DNA of 62,840 bases from Bacillota bacterium (GTDB taxonomy: Bacteria > Bacillota > Ch66 > Ch109): contig JBMNLH010000006.1 of NCBI GenBank assembly GCA_050952625.1, forward strand, positions 1-62,840, in the 5' to 3' direction. Positions within the stretch are counted from its first letter, which is position 1. Every line of letters begins with the position of its first letter. Position numbers and translations under genes: made by a program. The notes below the pieces were generated by a model, which saw only the letters and a list, made by a program, of their open reading frames with translations, was not told where the DNA came from and ran no database searches. Positions 19,068 through 27,805 of the stretch are shown here, in pieces.

Positions 19068-19700
19068 TTGAAAGATCTGGAGTCGTTATCTTCACTGCAG
19101 TTAGATGTATTACGCGAGATTGGTAATATCGGTGCGGGAAATGCAGCTACTGCATTGGCACAAATGCTTAACCGCAAAATTGAAATGTCGGTACCTCAGG
19201 TCCGGATTATGCAACTTGAGGAAATATTAAATTTAGTGGGGAACGAAGAGGATCCCGTTGCCTGTATTAATTTGGCAGTTTTTGGTTCAGCACCTGTCCG
19301 GGTATTATTTTTATTACCGGCCGGCAGCGCTTATATGTTGATTGATTTGTTGCTCGGTCAGAATTTTGGTGCCACTACTACCCTCGGGGCTTTGGAGGAA
19401 TCTGTTCTCTGTGAGGCTGGTAATATTTTAACCGGTTCGTTTTTAAATGCGTTTGCGATGATGACCCAAATTAATTTTATTTCTTCAGTGCCGTATCTTG
19501 CTTTTGATATGCTTGGGGCAGTTATCAGTTCAGCTTTAGTTGAGGGAGGATGCTACTCCGATCAGGTATTACTTATTGAAACCAATTTTGCTAATGAACA
19601 GGGTAAGATCAACAGCCATTTTTTTATTTTGCCGGAAGAAAGTTCATTGGAAATAATCTTAAAAGCAGTAGGGATTAATTGTGAGGAAGGGGTGAATTAA
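19068..19700 (+). CDS. cheC: Chemotaxis phosphatase CheC
   Basis: LREIGNIGAGNAATAL and second S.L.E.GNI motif; TTG start. Confidence 0.93.
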   Translation: MKDLESLSSLQLDVLREIGNIGAGNAATALAQMLNRKIEMSVPQVRIMQLEEILNLVGNEEDPVACINLAVFGSAPVRVLFLLPAGSAYMLIDLLLGQNFGATTTLGALEESVLCEAGNILTGSFLNAFAMMTQINFISSVPYLAFDMLGAVISSALVEGGCYSDQVLLIETNFANEQGKINSHFFILPEESSLEIILKAVGINCEEGVN

Positions 19701-19701
19701 G

Positions 19702-20061
19702 GTGAGCCGTGTTTTAATTGTTGATGATGCCACCTTTATGCGGATGATGATCAAGGATATTTTGCTTAAAAATGGCTATGAAGTAGTCGGAGAGGCAGAA
19801 AACGGTCTAGAAGCTGTTGAGAAATATCAAGAACTAAAGCCAGATATCGTGACTATGGATGTGACGATGCCGGAGATGGATGGTATTACCGCCATTAAGG
19901 AAATTAGAAAGATTGATCCCAATGCTAAAATAATTGTTTGTAGCGCGATGGGGCAACAATTAATGGTGATGGAGGCAATCCAGTCCGGAGCTAAGGACTT
20001 TGTGGTCAAACCCTTTCAACAGGACCGTGTTATTCAAGCGTTACAAAAAGCGCTATCGTAA
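19702..20061 (+). CDS. cheY: Chemotaxis response regulator CheY
   Basis: VDD..FMRMM, MDVTMPEMDG, SAMGQ, KPF. Confidence 0.95.
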   Translation: MSRVLIVDDATFMRMMIKDILLKNGYEVVGEAENGLEAVEKYQELKPDIVTMDVTMPEMDGITAIKEIRKIDPNAKIIVCSAMGQQLMVMEAIQSGAKDFVVKPFQQDRVIQALQKALS

Positions 20062-20081
20062 ATAGGTGAGGTTTAATATCC

Positions 20082-21068
20082 ATGAAAGACGTGTTGTCCC
20101 AACAAGAAATTGATATGCTGCTGAGTACCCTCGCGGAGGGTGATGTGGGCCCGACGGAAATTTACCAGCAACAATCCGAAATAAAGTCATATGATTTCAG
20201 GCGACCTAATAAGTTTTCCAAGGATCAGCTGCGCACGCTGCATATGATTCATGATAACTTTGCCAGAATGTTGTCTAATTTTTTATCTGCGTATGTACGT
20301 GCGAATTTCCAAATTAAGATCGCATCAGTTGATCAGATTACTTATGAAGATTTTTTGGTTTCTATTCCAACTCCAACCTTGATTACGGTGTTTTCGATGA
20401 CTCCTCTGAAGGGAAAGGCTCTTTTAGAAACCAGCCCGGCTTTTTTTTTCCCGATTATTGATTTGCTTTTTGGGGGAACCGGTGAAGTTCCAAAAAAATT
20501 ACGTGAACTAACGGATATTGAAATCAATGTTTTAAAGAGGGTGAATTTAAAGATTTTAGAACAGTTGGCTTTTAGCTGGGTAGACATCTTCAAGTTTGAA
20601 CCAGAAATAGAATCGATGGATACTAATCCCCAATTTAACCAGATTATCTCCCCTAATGAAATAGTTTCTGTAATTACTTTTAGTACGACCGTTGGTAAAT
20701 TTACCGGTTTGATGAATTTGTGTCTACCTTTTCTTACCCTTGAGGATGTTATTTCGAAACTAACTGCACGTTACTGGTTTTCAAGCCCGGAGCTGAGCCA
20801 GACAGGGGCTTTTAACCAGGAGTTGGTACATTGTTTGGAGGCAGTTACTGTGCCGTTGATGGCGGTGTGCGGGAAAGCTCAAATTACTTTGAGCGAATTT
20901 TTGGAACTGCAGGTGGGGGACGTGGTTAGTTTAGATACCACAGTCGGGGATGATCTAAGCTTATTGGTTGATGAAATTCCGAAATATAAGGTACAGCCGG
21001 GTGTTGTTGGCAATAGATTAGCGGTACAAGTTACTGGTATCGTTAAGGAGGAGTCAGGGGTTGAATAA
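20082..21068 (+). CDS. fliM: Flagellar switch protein FliM
   Basis: VLSQ.EID.LL; YDFRRPNKFSKDQLRTL. Confidence 0.96.
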   Translation: MKDVLSQQEIDMLLSTLAEGDVGPTEIYQQQSEIKSYDFRRPNKFSKDQLRTLHMIHDNFARMLSNFLSAYVRANFQIKIASVDQITYEDFLVSIPTPTLITVFSMTPLKGKALLETSPAFFFPIIDLLFGGTGEVPKKLRELTDIEINVLKRVNLKILEQLAFSWVDIFKFEPEIESMDTNPQFNQIISPNEIVSVITFSTTVGKFTGLMNLCLPFLTLEDVISKLTARYWFSSPELSQTGAFNQELVHCLEAVTVPLMAVCGKAQITLSEFLELQVGDVVSLDTTVGDDLSLLVDEIPKYKVQPGVVGNRLAVQVTGIVKEESGVE

Positions 21069-22188
21069 TTTTTTATCACAAGAAGAAATAGATGCTTTAT
21101 TAAAACAACAATCCAGCCCATCAGAAATAAACGATACGAAGCAAGCAGCAGTCCAGGAAGATCTTGATAAAAATGAAAAGGATGCTCTTGGTGAAATTGG
21201 TAATATCTCTATGGGTACTGCCGCTACTGCTCTTTCGGAATTACTTAACCAAAAAGTAAGCATCACTACACCCCGAGTAGAAATAACTACCCAGCAGGAA
21301 TTATTTGGTAGGTTTGGTTTGCCTTATGCTGTGGTGGAAGTCAAATATGTTGATGGCTTAGTTGGTTCCAATTTATTTATTATGAAGGTAATTGATGTGG
21401 CTGTCATCGCGGATTTAATGATGGGGGGTGATGGTCGGCACCCAGTTACGGACCTTTCTGAATTACACCTGAGTGCGGTGGCGGAGGCCATGAACCAGAT
21501 GATCGGATCTTCTGCCACTTCAATGTCCACGATTTTTCACAAGAGAATTGAAATCTCTCCTCCGAAAATACAAATGGTAGATTTTCAGGAGGATTCATAC
21601 GAATCACCGCTTGGGGAACAACTGGTTGTAATAATCGCTTTTAGGATGGTGGTTGGTGATCTGGTTGACAGTAAGATTATGTTGATAATGTCTTTAGGGG
21701 TTGCCAAGACGCAGGTCCAATTGCTGTTTAACTCGGACCTTATGTCTGATAGTTCTACCGAGCTTACGGAAAAAGAAATGGGGACGGAGAACCAGGTTAC
21801 TCTTTCTGACATGAATGCGGTAGGTAGTGTTCCTGGTGGAAATAATGAAAACAATGAAATTACTATACCTACTAATGTGAACCCGCCTGTCAATACTCCC
21901 CCCAAAGCGGCAAAGGATGTAAAACCCCGGAACATTGACTTAATCATGGATATTCCTTTACAAGTTACAGTAGTGTTAGGAAGGACAAAAAAAGAAATTA
22001 AAGATGTCTTAAACTTTATTCCCGGTACGATCATTGAACTGGAGAAACTGGCGGAGGAACCTGTTGAAATATTAATTAACGGAATGCTTGTTGCTCAAGG
22101 AGAGGTAGTGGTTATTAATGAGAGTTTTGGAGTACGCATTTCGAACATAATCAGTCCGGCTGATCGAATGCATTATTTCAAACAATAA
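21061..22188 (+). CDS. fliY: Flagellar switch phosphatase FliY (CheC-like + FliN domain)
   Basis: LSQEEIDALL; EIGNISMGTAATAL; EAMNQM; C-terminal SpoA domain. Confidence 0.94.
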   Translation: MNNFLSQEEIDALLKQQSSPSEINDTKQAAVQEDLDKNEKDALGEIGNISMGTAATALSELLNQKVSITTPRVEITTQQELFGRFGLPYAVVEVKYVDGLVGSNLFIMKVIDVAVIADLMMGGDGRHPVTDLSELHLSAVAEAMNQMIGSSATSMSTIFHKRIEISPPKIQMVDFQEDSYESPLGEQLVVIIAFRMVVGDLVDSKIMLIMSLGVAKTQVQLLFNSDLMSDSSTELTEKEMGTENQVTLSDMNAVGSVPGGNNENNEITIPTNVNPPVNTPPKAAKDVKPRNIDLIMDIPLQVTVVLGRTKKEIKDVLNFIPGTIIELEKLAEEPVEILINGMLVAQGEVVVINESFGVRISNIISPADRMHYFKQ

Positions 22189-22213
22189 AAAAACCGGGGA
22201 ACTAGTCCCCGGT
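22187..22213 (-). terminator. Intrinsic terminator between convergent fliY and the SASP gene
   Basis: ACCGGGGA-ACTAG-TCCCCGGT stem with a 5' A-run (U-tract on the minus strand). Confidence 0.75.
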
Positions 22214-22225
22214 AGGTGTGTAGTT

Positions 22226-22417
22226 TTAGTAGGTTTGCCGTGGATTTTGACCGGCAAGACTTTTTTCAGCTAATTCGATAGCCTTGCGTACCAGGTTACC
22301 ACACTGGCGGGACGGAACACCACCCCAACCTTCCGTAGCAACAATATGGTCGACGCCGAGCTCTTTGGCCAGTTCCCATTTGAGAGCATCAGACATCAGC
22401 CCACGTTTTCTACCCAT
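22226..22417 (-). CDS. Small acid-soluble spore protein, SspF-like alpha/beta family
   Basis: LKWELAKELG...GWGGVPSRQCGNLV..AI..AE; AAGGAGG RBS. Confidence 0.88.
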   Translation of the reverse strand: MGRKRGLMSDALKWELAKELGVDHIVATEGWGGVPSRQCGNLVRKAIELAEKSLAGQNPRQTY

Positions 22418-22531
22418 GCAGGCAGAAACCTCCTTTGCAGTTGTCTACACACCATTTTTATTTTGTACTTTCCGTATCAAATTATGTAATGGTAATAAAT
22501 AAGTCCTGCCATGCAGCAGGACCGTAAAAAT

Positions 22532-23050
22532 TTACTGTTTGTCATGAATGCGAACATTATCAGCGTTATAACTTTTAAGCACATCTGCGGCCTGATCCGC
22601 TTTTGGGGAACTGGCCTGCACGGACACCAGGATTTTTCCTTGTCGCACTTCATTTTCATATTCCCTGCTTGCTTGTTCAGGAATGCCCCAGTCAATTAAA
22701 CCACCGGCAATTCCTCCGGTAGCTGCTCCCGAAATAAGGCCTGCGATGGGGCCTGCGGCTATTAACGGTCCGAAGCCGGGAACAAGTAAGGCCCCGGCTC
22801 CCATGGCCAAGCCAGCCAGACCACCGACAATCCCCCCGGTCGTGATCCCGTTCGTAATATTGGTGTTGTTATTGTTGACCATACTAAAACCTTCATTACC
22901 GTTTTGTTGTTCACCGGCACTGCTTTGTTGCTTGTTTGCATCTTTGGCAACCATCGAGATTTCTTTGTCGAATCCCATATTGCGAAGATTGCTGATTGCT
23001 TCTTCTGCTTGTTTCGAGGAACTGAAGACTCCGACTACTGTTTTGATCAT
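22532..23050 (-). CDS. General stress protein (YflT/17M-like) with glycine-zipper segment
   Basis: TVVGVF....AE.AI..LR..GF; PG.GPLIAAGP; GIPE..A..YE..V..G. Confidence 0.8.
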   Translation of the reverse strand: MIKTVVGVFSSSKQAEEAISNLRNMGFDKEISMVAKDANKQQSSAGEQQNGNEGFSMVNNNNTNITNGITTGGIVGGLAGLAMGAGALLVPGFGPLIAAGPIAGLISGAATGGIAGGLIDWGIPEQASREYENEVRQGKILVSVQASSPKADQAADVLKSYNADNVRIHDKQ

Positions 23051-23095
23051 AAAAACCACCTCGCGGCAAATTTTTACTTGTTATGCATCATGATT

Positions 23096-23124
23096 TAGTT
23101 TTCCTTAAATGGGCATATCTATAC
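23096..23124 (-). promoter_or_regulatory. Possible forespore sigma-F/G promoter
   Basis: Minus strand GTATA-N15-GGAAAACTA upstream of the stress-protein gene; approximate match only. Confidence 0.3.
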
Positions 23125-23142
23125 ACCGAAATAAACCGAAGG

Positions 23143-24078
23143 TCAGGACAAAATACGGGGTGTAAATAAATAAACTAGTTTCGCAAAATGTTTTATAAAG
23201 GGTAAGACAACCAGTGAACTGATGATATTGAAAATCAAATGGACATTGGCGATTTGTTGCGGCAGGTTACTGGACGTAAAAGATATTAAATAAACAAAAG
23301 GGTTGATTAAGGGTAAAAAAATCAAAACACCAATGATGTTTAACAACACGTGGGCAACAGCAATTTGTCTAGCGGCGGGATTCCCCCCCAGACTGGCAAG
23401 AACGCCGGTAATGCATGTACCAATATTGCTTCCCAGGGTGATGGTTGTCGCTGCGGGTAAATCAATTAATCCCTGGGTGGCTAAAATTAATACCACACCA
23501 GTTACGATACTACTACTCTGTACTAAAGCTGTCGTAATCATGCCGGCAAATACCCCGTAGACGGCATGCGTACTGGTAGCGATCAGTAAACCTAAAAATG
23601 AGGGGCTGTATTGTAGGTAGGACGCTCCTTTGGTCATGACGATGATGCCTAAAAAGAGAAAACCAAAGCCAAGTAAAGCGTAGGCAGTTGCCCGTATTTT
23701 TTTATTTTTTTTGAAAAAGAGCAAGATTAAACCCGAAATAATGGCGGGTATGCTTAATGCATCCAGGTTCAGGGCAATTAGTTGTATAGTAAAACAGGTA
23801 CCGATATTGGTACCTAAAATTATGCCTAGGGCTTGCATGAAAGATAGAAGTTCTGCATTTACCAGCCCAATGGTTATGACCGTGATGGCACTACTACTAT
23901 GCACTAGTGCAGTTACTAGCGTGCCGGTGAGCAGTCCCCGGAAGGGGGTGGAGGTTGTGTAGGTTAAGGCTTGCCGGATACGTCGTTGTGCCAGAGATTG
24001 AAGGCCGTGACGCATAATGGTTAATCCGAAATAAAAACATCCTAACCCAAGAGTAAGCGAGAGTAAGAATAACCGCAT
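23143..24078 (-). CDS. Na/Pi cotransporter family protein (membrane domain only)
   Basis: Repeated T.LV(H/Q)SSS motifs and G.NIGTC. Confidence 0.88.
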   Translation of the reverse strand: MRLFLLSLTLGLGCFYFGLTIMRHGLQSLAQRRIRQALTYTTSTPFRGLLTGTLVTALVHSSSAITVITIGLVNAELLSFMQALGIILGTNIGTCFTIQLIALNLDALSIPAIISGLILLFFKKNKKIRATAYALLGFGFLFLGIIVMTKGASYLQYSPSFLGLLIATSTHAVYGVFAGMITTALVQSSSIVTGVVLILATQGLIDLPAATTITLGSNIGTCITGVLASLGGNPAARQIAVAHVLLNIIGVLIFLPLINPFVYLISFTSSNLPQQIANVHLIFNIISSLVVLPFIKHFAKLVYLFTPRILS

Positions 24079-24198
24079 GGTAACCTCCGGCAAATGCTTA
24101 TTAGTTACCTTATGGTATAGATAGACGCTTTATGCTTTTACATTTGTTGTTGCTTGTTTGGTAACAAGAGGGATATAATCGTTTCAGGAGGTGGTTCG

Positions 24199-24960
24199 AT
24201 GCTGGTTGACTATCATATTCATGGGTTAGCACACGGTACTGCCAGCCATTCACCGGCACTTTTAAATGATTTTGTGCTAAACGCCGAAAAACGCGGAGTG
24301 GTCGAGATGGGATTTGCTGAACATGACGACTATCTCCACGAGATAAATTGGGCAAATTTAAAAGAACTGAGTTTACGGGTTAACGGGTTAAAAATTAGGG
24401 TGGGCCTGGAAGTAGAATATCTCCCGGGGCAAGAACGGGGGACTGCCGCCCGTTTAGCGGCGTTTCCTTTTGATTATTTAATCGGGTCTGTCCACCAGAT
24501 CGATGGTTGGATGTTTGATCATCCTGATTATCAGGAAGGTTATTCCCGGTGGGACATCGATGTTCTTTACCATACTTACTTTGACTTACTAATAAAAGCA
24601 GTACAATCTGGTCTTTTTGATATCATTGGCCATCTTGACCTGATTAAAGTTTTTGGATACCGGGCTTCTTTTCCCGTGGAAAAGGCAATTACCCCTTTAT
24701 TGACCGCAATCAAGCAAAAGGGAATGGTCGTAGAAATTAACACCAACGGGTTAAATAAACCAGTTGGTGAAATTTATCCGCACCCGAGTATTCTAGAGCG
24801 GTGTTATCAATTCAATATCCCGATAACCTTGGGTTCTGATGCCCACCAACCTGACGCAGTTGGAAGACAACTTGATCTTGCCCGTGAGCTAGCAATAAAA
24901 ACAGGGTATCGCCGGCTTGTTTGTTTTTCACGGAGAAAAAAGTATTTTCGCCCATTGTAA
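24199..24960 (+). CDS. Histidinol-phosphatase, PHP/HisJ family
   Basis: DYHIH, EH, GSVH, GHLDL, EINT, GSDAH; AGGAGG RBS. Confidence 0.85.
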   Translation: MLVDYHIHGLAHGTASHSPALLNDFVLNAEKRGVVEMGFAEHDDYLHEINWANLKELSLRVNGLKIRVGLEVEYLPGQERGTAARLAAFPFDYLIGSVHQIDGWMFDHPDYQEGYSRWDIDVLYHTYFDLLIKAVQSGLFDIIGHLDLIKVFGYRASFPVEKAITPLLTAIKQKGMVVEINTNGLNKPVGEIYPHPSILERCYQFNIPITLGSDAHQPDAVGRQLDLARELAIKTGYRRLVCFSRRKKYFRPL

Positions 24961-24987
24961 GTAGTCCGGTTGTGAGGAGAGAAAACC

Positions 24988-25647
24988 TTGGAATTAGTGA
25001 ATATTTTTAATACTGCTTTTTTAATCGGATTTTCCGGAGCCGTGGTCCCCGGGCCGCTTTTAAGCATTACTATTAACGAAAGCATGCGGCGGGGAATGAT
25101 TGCCGGCCCCCTGGTAGTATGCGGCCATGGGTTATTGGAGATTGTCTTGGTAGTGGGGTTAGCGCTAGGGCTGAATACGATTTTGAGCATCCCGGCAGTA
25201 AGCTTGTTGATTGCACTTATTGGTGGGGTAGTTTTGTTATGGCTTGGCTATAGTATTATCCGGGGTGCTTCCGGGGAAAATGAGCTTTATGCGGAAAAAG
25301 AAAGTACTTTGGACCCAAAAGGTGCCTGGTATTTACCTGTTGTGGCTGGGGCGGTTACCAGCTTATCAAACCCTTACTGGTTATTGTGGTGGGCGGCAGT
25401 AGGTGCGGCTTTAATTGTCAAGGCTTTGGCTCAAGGCTGGGCCGGGTTGGTTTCATTTTTTATGGGACACGTGCTAGCCGACTTAACCTGGTACTTGTTG
25501 GTGGCGATAATGGTAGTTACTGGCAAGCGATTTTTAGGGAAAAAAACCTACCGAGGAATATTAATCGGCTGCGGCCTCCTTTTGGTAATTTTTGGAGTGT
25601 ATTTTATTCTTTCGGCGTTTGGAGTAGTGGGTAGCATCGGTGGGTAA
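24988..25647 (+). CDS. LysE-family transporter
   Basis: PGP motif, GH..LE, SNPYW..WW. Confidence 0.88.
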   Translation: MELVNIFNTAFLIGFSGAVVPGPLLSITINESMRRGMIAGPLVVCGHGLLEIVLVVGLALGLNTILSIPAVSLLIALIGGVVLLWLGYSIIRGASGENELYAEKESTLDPKGAWYLPVVAGAVTSLSNPYWLLWWAAVGAALIVKALAQGWAGLVSFFMGHVLADLTWYLLVAIMVVTGKRFLGKKTYRGILIGCGLLLVIFGVYFILSAFGVVGSIGG

Positions 25648-25822
25648 TAGCCCGTTAAAAGTTTGTTTGTTGTCTAAAATGAATTTAGGCAAAGGGAGTT
25701 GTGCAAACCTTAACCGGTAAAAATAAGAAAATAATAAAAATAATAAAAAATACTTAATGCAAAAAACCAACTTTTATTTTATAATAAAGTTGGAAATAGC
25801 AAAGATGAGGAGGCGAAAAAAA

Positions 25823-25945
25823 TTGGTATCCCAAACCTCTAGACCGGGAAAGAAGCTAAAAGGAAGTAAACAACAAGAACATCAAAAATGGGTGAAACAT
25901 TTGAAGTGGCTTGGGATTAAAGTAGAAAAACCTTCATCTTCATAA
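25823..25945 (+). CDS. Small basic hypothetical protein (40 aa)
   Basis: GAGGAGG RBS then TTG; a terminator follows; no family recognised. Confidence 0.35.
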   Translation: MVSQTSRPGKKLKGSKQQEHQKWVKHLKWLGIKVEKPSSS

Positions 25946-25973
25946 GCAACCTACATAGGTTCCTTTTAAAAAT

Positions 25974-26005
25974 AAGGAGAGGTACATTAATTTACCTCTC
26001 TTTTT
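25974..26005. terminator. Probably bidirectional intrinsic terminator
   Basis: AAGGAGAGGTA-loop-TACCTCTCTT with flanking A- and T-runs, between convergent genes. Confidence 0.7.
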
Positions 26006-26028
26006 ACTGGTTAACTGAACAATTCTTC

Positions 26029-26355
26029 CTAAATAAGCGCATCTATCCGGCGCTTTAATGCTTCTTTCGGTATAAATCCCACCATCCGGTCAATTTCTTG
26101 TCCGTCTTTAAAGATTACCAGAGAAGGAATACTCAGAATTTGATATTGTAATGCAAGTTCTTGATTTGCATCTACATTTATTTTGGCAACTTTTAAACGC
26201 TCTTTATATTCTACAGCTAATTTTTCCACTAAAGGGGCTATCATTTTGCATGGCCCACACCAAGCAGCCCAAAAATCTACCAAAACAAATCCATTTGCTT
26301 CTAATACTTCTTTTTTAAAATTAGAGTTATCTACATCAATACAATTAGGCACCAA
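26029..26355 (-). CDS. trxA: Thioredoxin
   Basis: DFWAAWCGPCK, SIP. Confidence 0.95.
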   Translation of the reverse strand: MVPNCIDVDNSNFKKEVLEANGFVLVDFWAAWCGPCKMIAPLVEKLAVEYKERLKVAKINVDANQELALQYQILSIPSLVIFKDGQEIDRMVGFIPKEALKRRIDALI

Positions 26356-26487
26356 GCATCCTCCTTGGAAAGGTAAATGACTACTCCTTTTAGTATACTA
26401 AACGTCAGCATATATGTCAAATAATTTTAAACTTTTTATCTATTGGCAGGCGAATACGGGGAGGAGATGGTGTGTTATAATTTAGTA

Positions 26488-26627
26488 AGGGTTGGTCGTT
26501 ACCGAAAAAGCTTTTGAGAAACCTGATTTCAAAGCTAACGGATGGGGGAAGAAACGTAGCTTTGGAGGGGTTAATTCCCGAAACTTGAGCCGCGGGTATG
26601 GTCAAAGCCGTAACGAAATATATCCCT
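26488..26627 (+). ncRNA. Candidate structured RNA / 5' leader, family not recognised
   Basis: TGtTATAAT at 26473-26481; TCGTTAC/GTAACGA and TTTCAAAGCTA/TAGCTTTGGAG stems plus small hairpins. Confidence 0.35.
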
Positions 26628-26639
26628 GGGGGTAATTTT

Positions 26640-27386
26640 GTGGATTCTATTACTTTTTTGGGTACAGGCGGTGCGCGGGTAGTAATGGCCAGACAAGTGC
26701 TGGCTACCGGAGGGATATGGCTGGAACTGGAAGGAACTCAAATTAGCCTTGATCCTGGTCCCGGTGCTTTAGTGCACGCCACATATAGAAAATTGGACCC
26801 GGCAAACTTAAATGGGATTATTATTTCCCACCGGCATTTAGATCACTGCGGTGATGGGAATGTGATGATTGAGGCCATGACAGCAGGAGGGCTAAAAAAG
26901 AAAGGTTCTGTTTTTACTCCCTCTGATGCTTTAGGAAGTGACGGGGTGATCTTACGTTATTTGCACCATTACGTTGATGAAATAGTAATTTTACGAGAAA
27001 AAACTAAATATCATCTGGGGAAGATTTGTTTTGAAACATCCATGCGGCACCGCCACGGAGTAGAAACATATGGTTTCATCTTCGAAGGAAAAAAACATGT
27101 CATATCTTATATTCCGGATACTGTCTATTTTGATGAGGTAGCCAAATTTTATCGCGGCAATATTTTGATTATCTGTGTTTTATTAATGGAACGAAGTAAA
27201 GTGCAACATTTATCTTTGCCGGATGTTAAAGAAATAGTAACTCAGATTAAACCCGAAGTTGTCTTGCTTACTCATTTTGGGATGAACCTTATGCGGGCGA
27301 ATCCATCGGAAATAGCTGCCAACCTGTCGAAAGAAACTGGTGTGCGGATTATTGCCGCAAGAGATGGTATGAAATTTACATTATAA
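26640..27386 (+). CDS. Metallo-beta-lactamase fold hydrolase
   Basis: FLGTGG, DPGPG, SHRHLDH, DT, THF. Confidence 0.9.
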   Translation: MDSITFLGTGGARVVMARQVLATGGIWLELEGTQISLDPGPGALVHATYRKLDPANLNGIIISHRHLDHCGDGNVMIEAMTAGGLKKKGSVFTPSDALGSDGVILRYLHHYVDEIVILREKTKYHLGKICFETSMRHRHGVETYGFIFEGKKHVISYIPDTVYFDEVAKFYRGNILIICVLLMERSKVQHLSLPDVKEIVTQIKPEVVLLTHFGMNLMRANPSEIAANLSKETGVRIIAARDGMKFTL

Positions 27387-27400
27387 ACTGGATTAATTGC

Positions 27401-27429
27401 TTGCATGATACAAGTAAGTATGCTATAAT
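27401..27429 (+). promoter_or_regulatory. Sigma-A promoter of tRNA-Ala
   Basis: TTGCAT-N17-TATAAT with extended TG. Confidence 0.85.
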
Positions 27430-27459
27430 CTTTTTGTAAGTATTTTGTCACGTAAAATA

Positions 27460-27536
<77 letters not shown>

Positions 27537-27544
27537 AATAATCT

Positions 27545-27590
27545 ACCATCTATTGATAAAAAGTATTTTATCAGCGGGTGGTTTTATTTT
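27545..27590 (+). terminator. tRNA terminator
   Basis: Imperfect stem ACCATCTATTGATAAAA/TTTTATCAGCGGGTGGT followed by TTTATTTT. Confidence 0.65.
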
Positions 27591-27714
27591 GCCTGAAAAA
27601 GCCGGTAATAGAGCCGTTCCTGCGTTTTAGCGGAGCGGCTTTCTCGATTTCTGGCGGGTTATTTTGGTGCTAACGAAATATAATCCGTCCGTTTTTCGTT
27701 GAGGTTGATTGGAA

Positions 27715-27790
27715 TAATCGTTGAAAGTTAGCAGGGGGTGTGCATTAGCCAACCGGTAATCGTTTAAAGTTAGGGGTAATCGTTGAAATA
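27715..27790 (+). repeat. Three direct repeats, core TAATCGTT(G/T)AAA, near the element end
   Basis: Copies at 27715-27731 and 27757-27773 (both extend with GTTAG) and 27777-27790. Confidence 0.8.
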
Positions 27791-27805
27791 TATCCTAAAT
27801 CACAA

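Noticed and set aside
26488-26627. Leader RNA as 6S RNA, hammerhead, cobalamin, fluoride or ykkC riboswitch
   Set aside because: Only fragments match (CCTGA, GAAAC, GGGTTAATTCC, GGAGATGG); required cores are absent and it is short for 6S. Left unassigned.
27684-27711. TCCGTCCGTTT as a third copy of the element promoter motif
   Set aside because: No GGTGGC box at the N11 spacing and no GAAGGC/GCCTTC hairpin.
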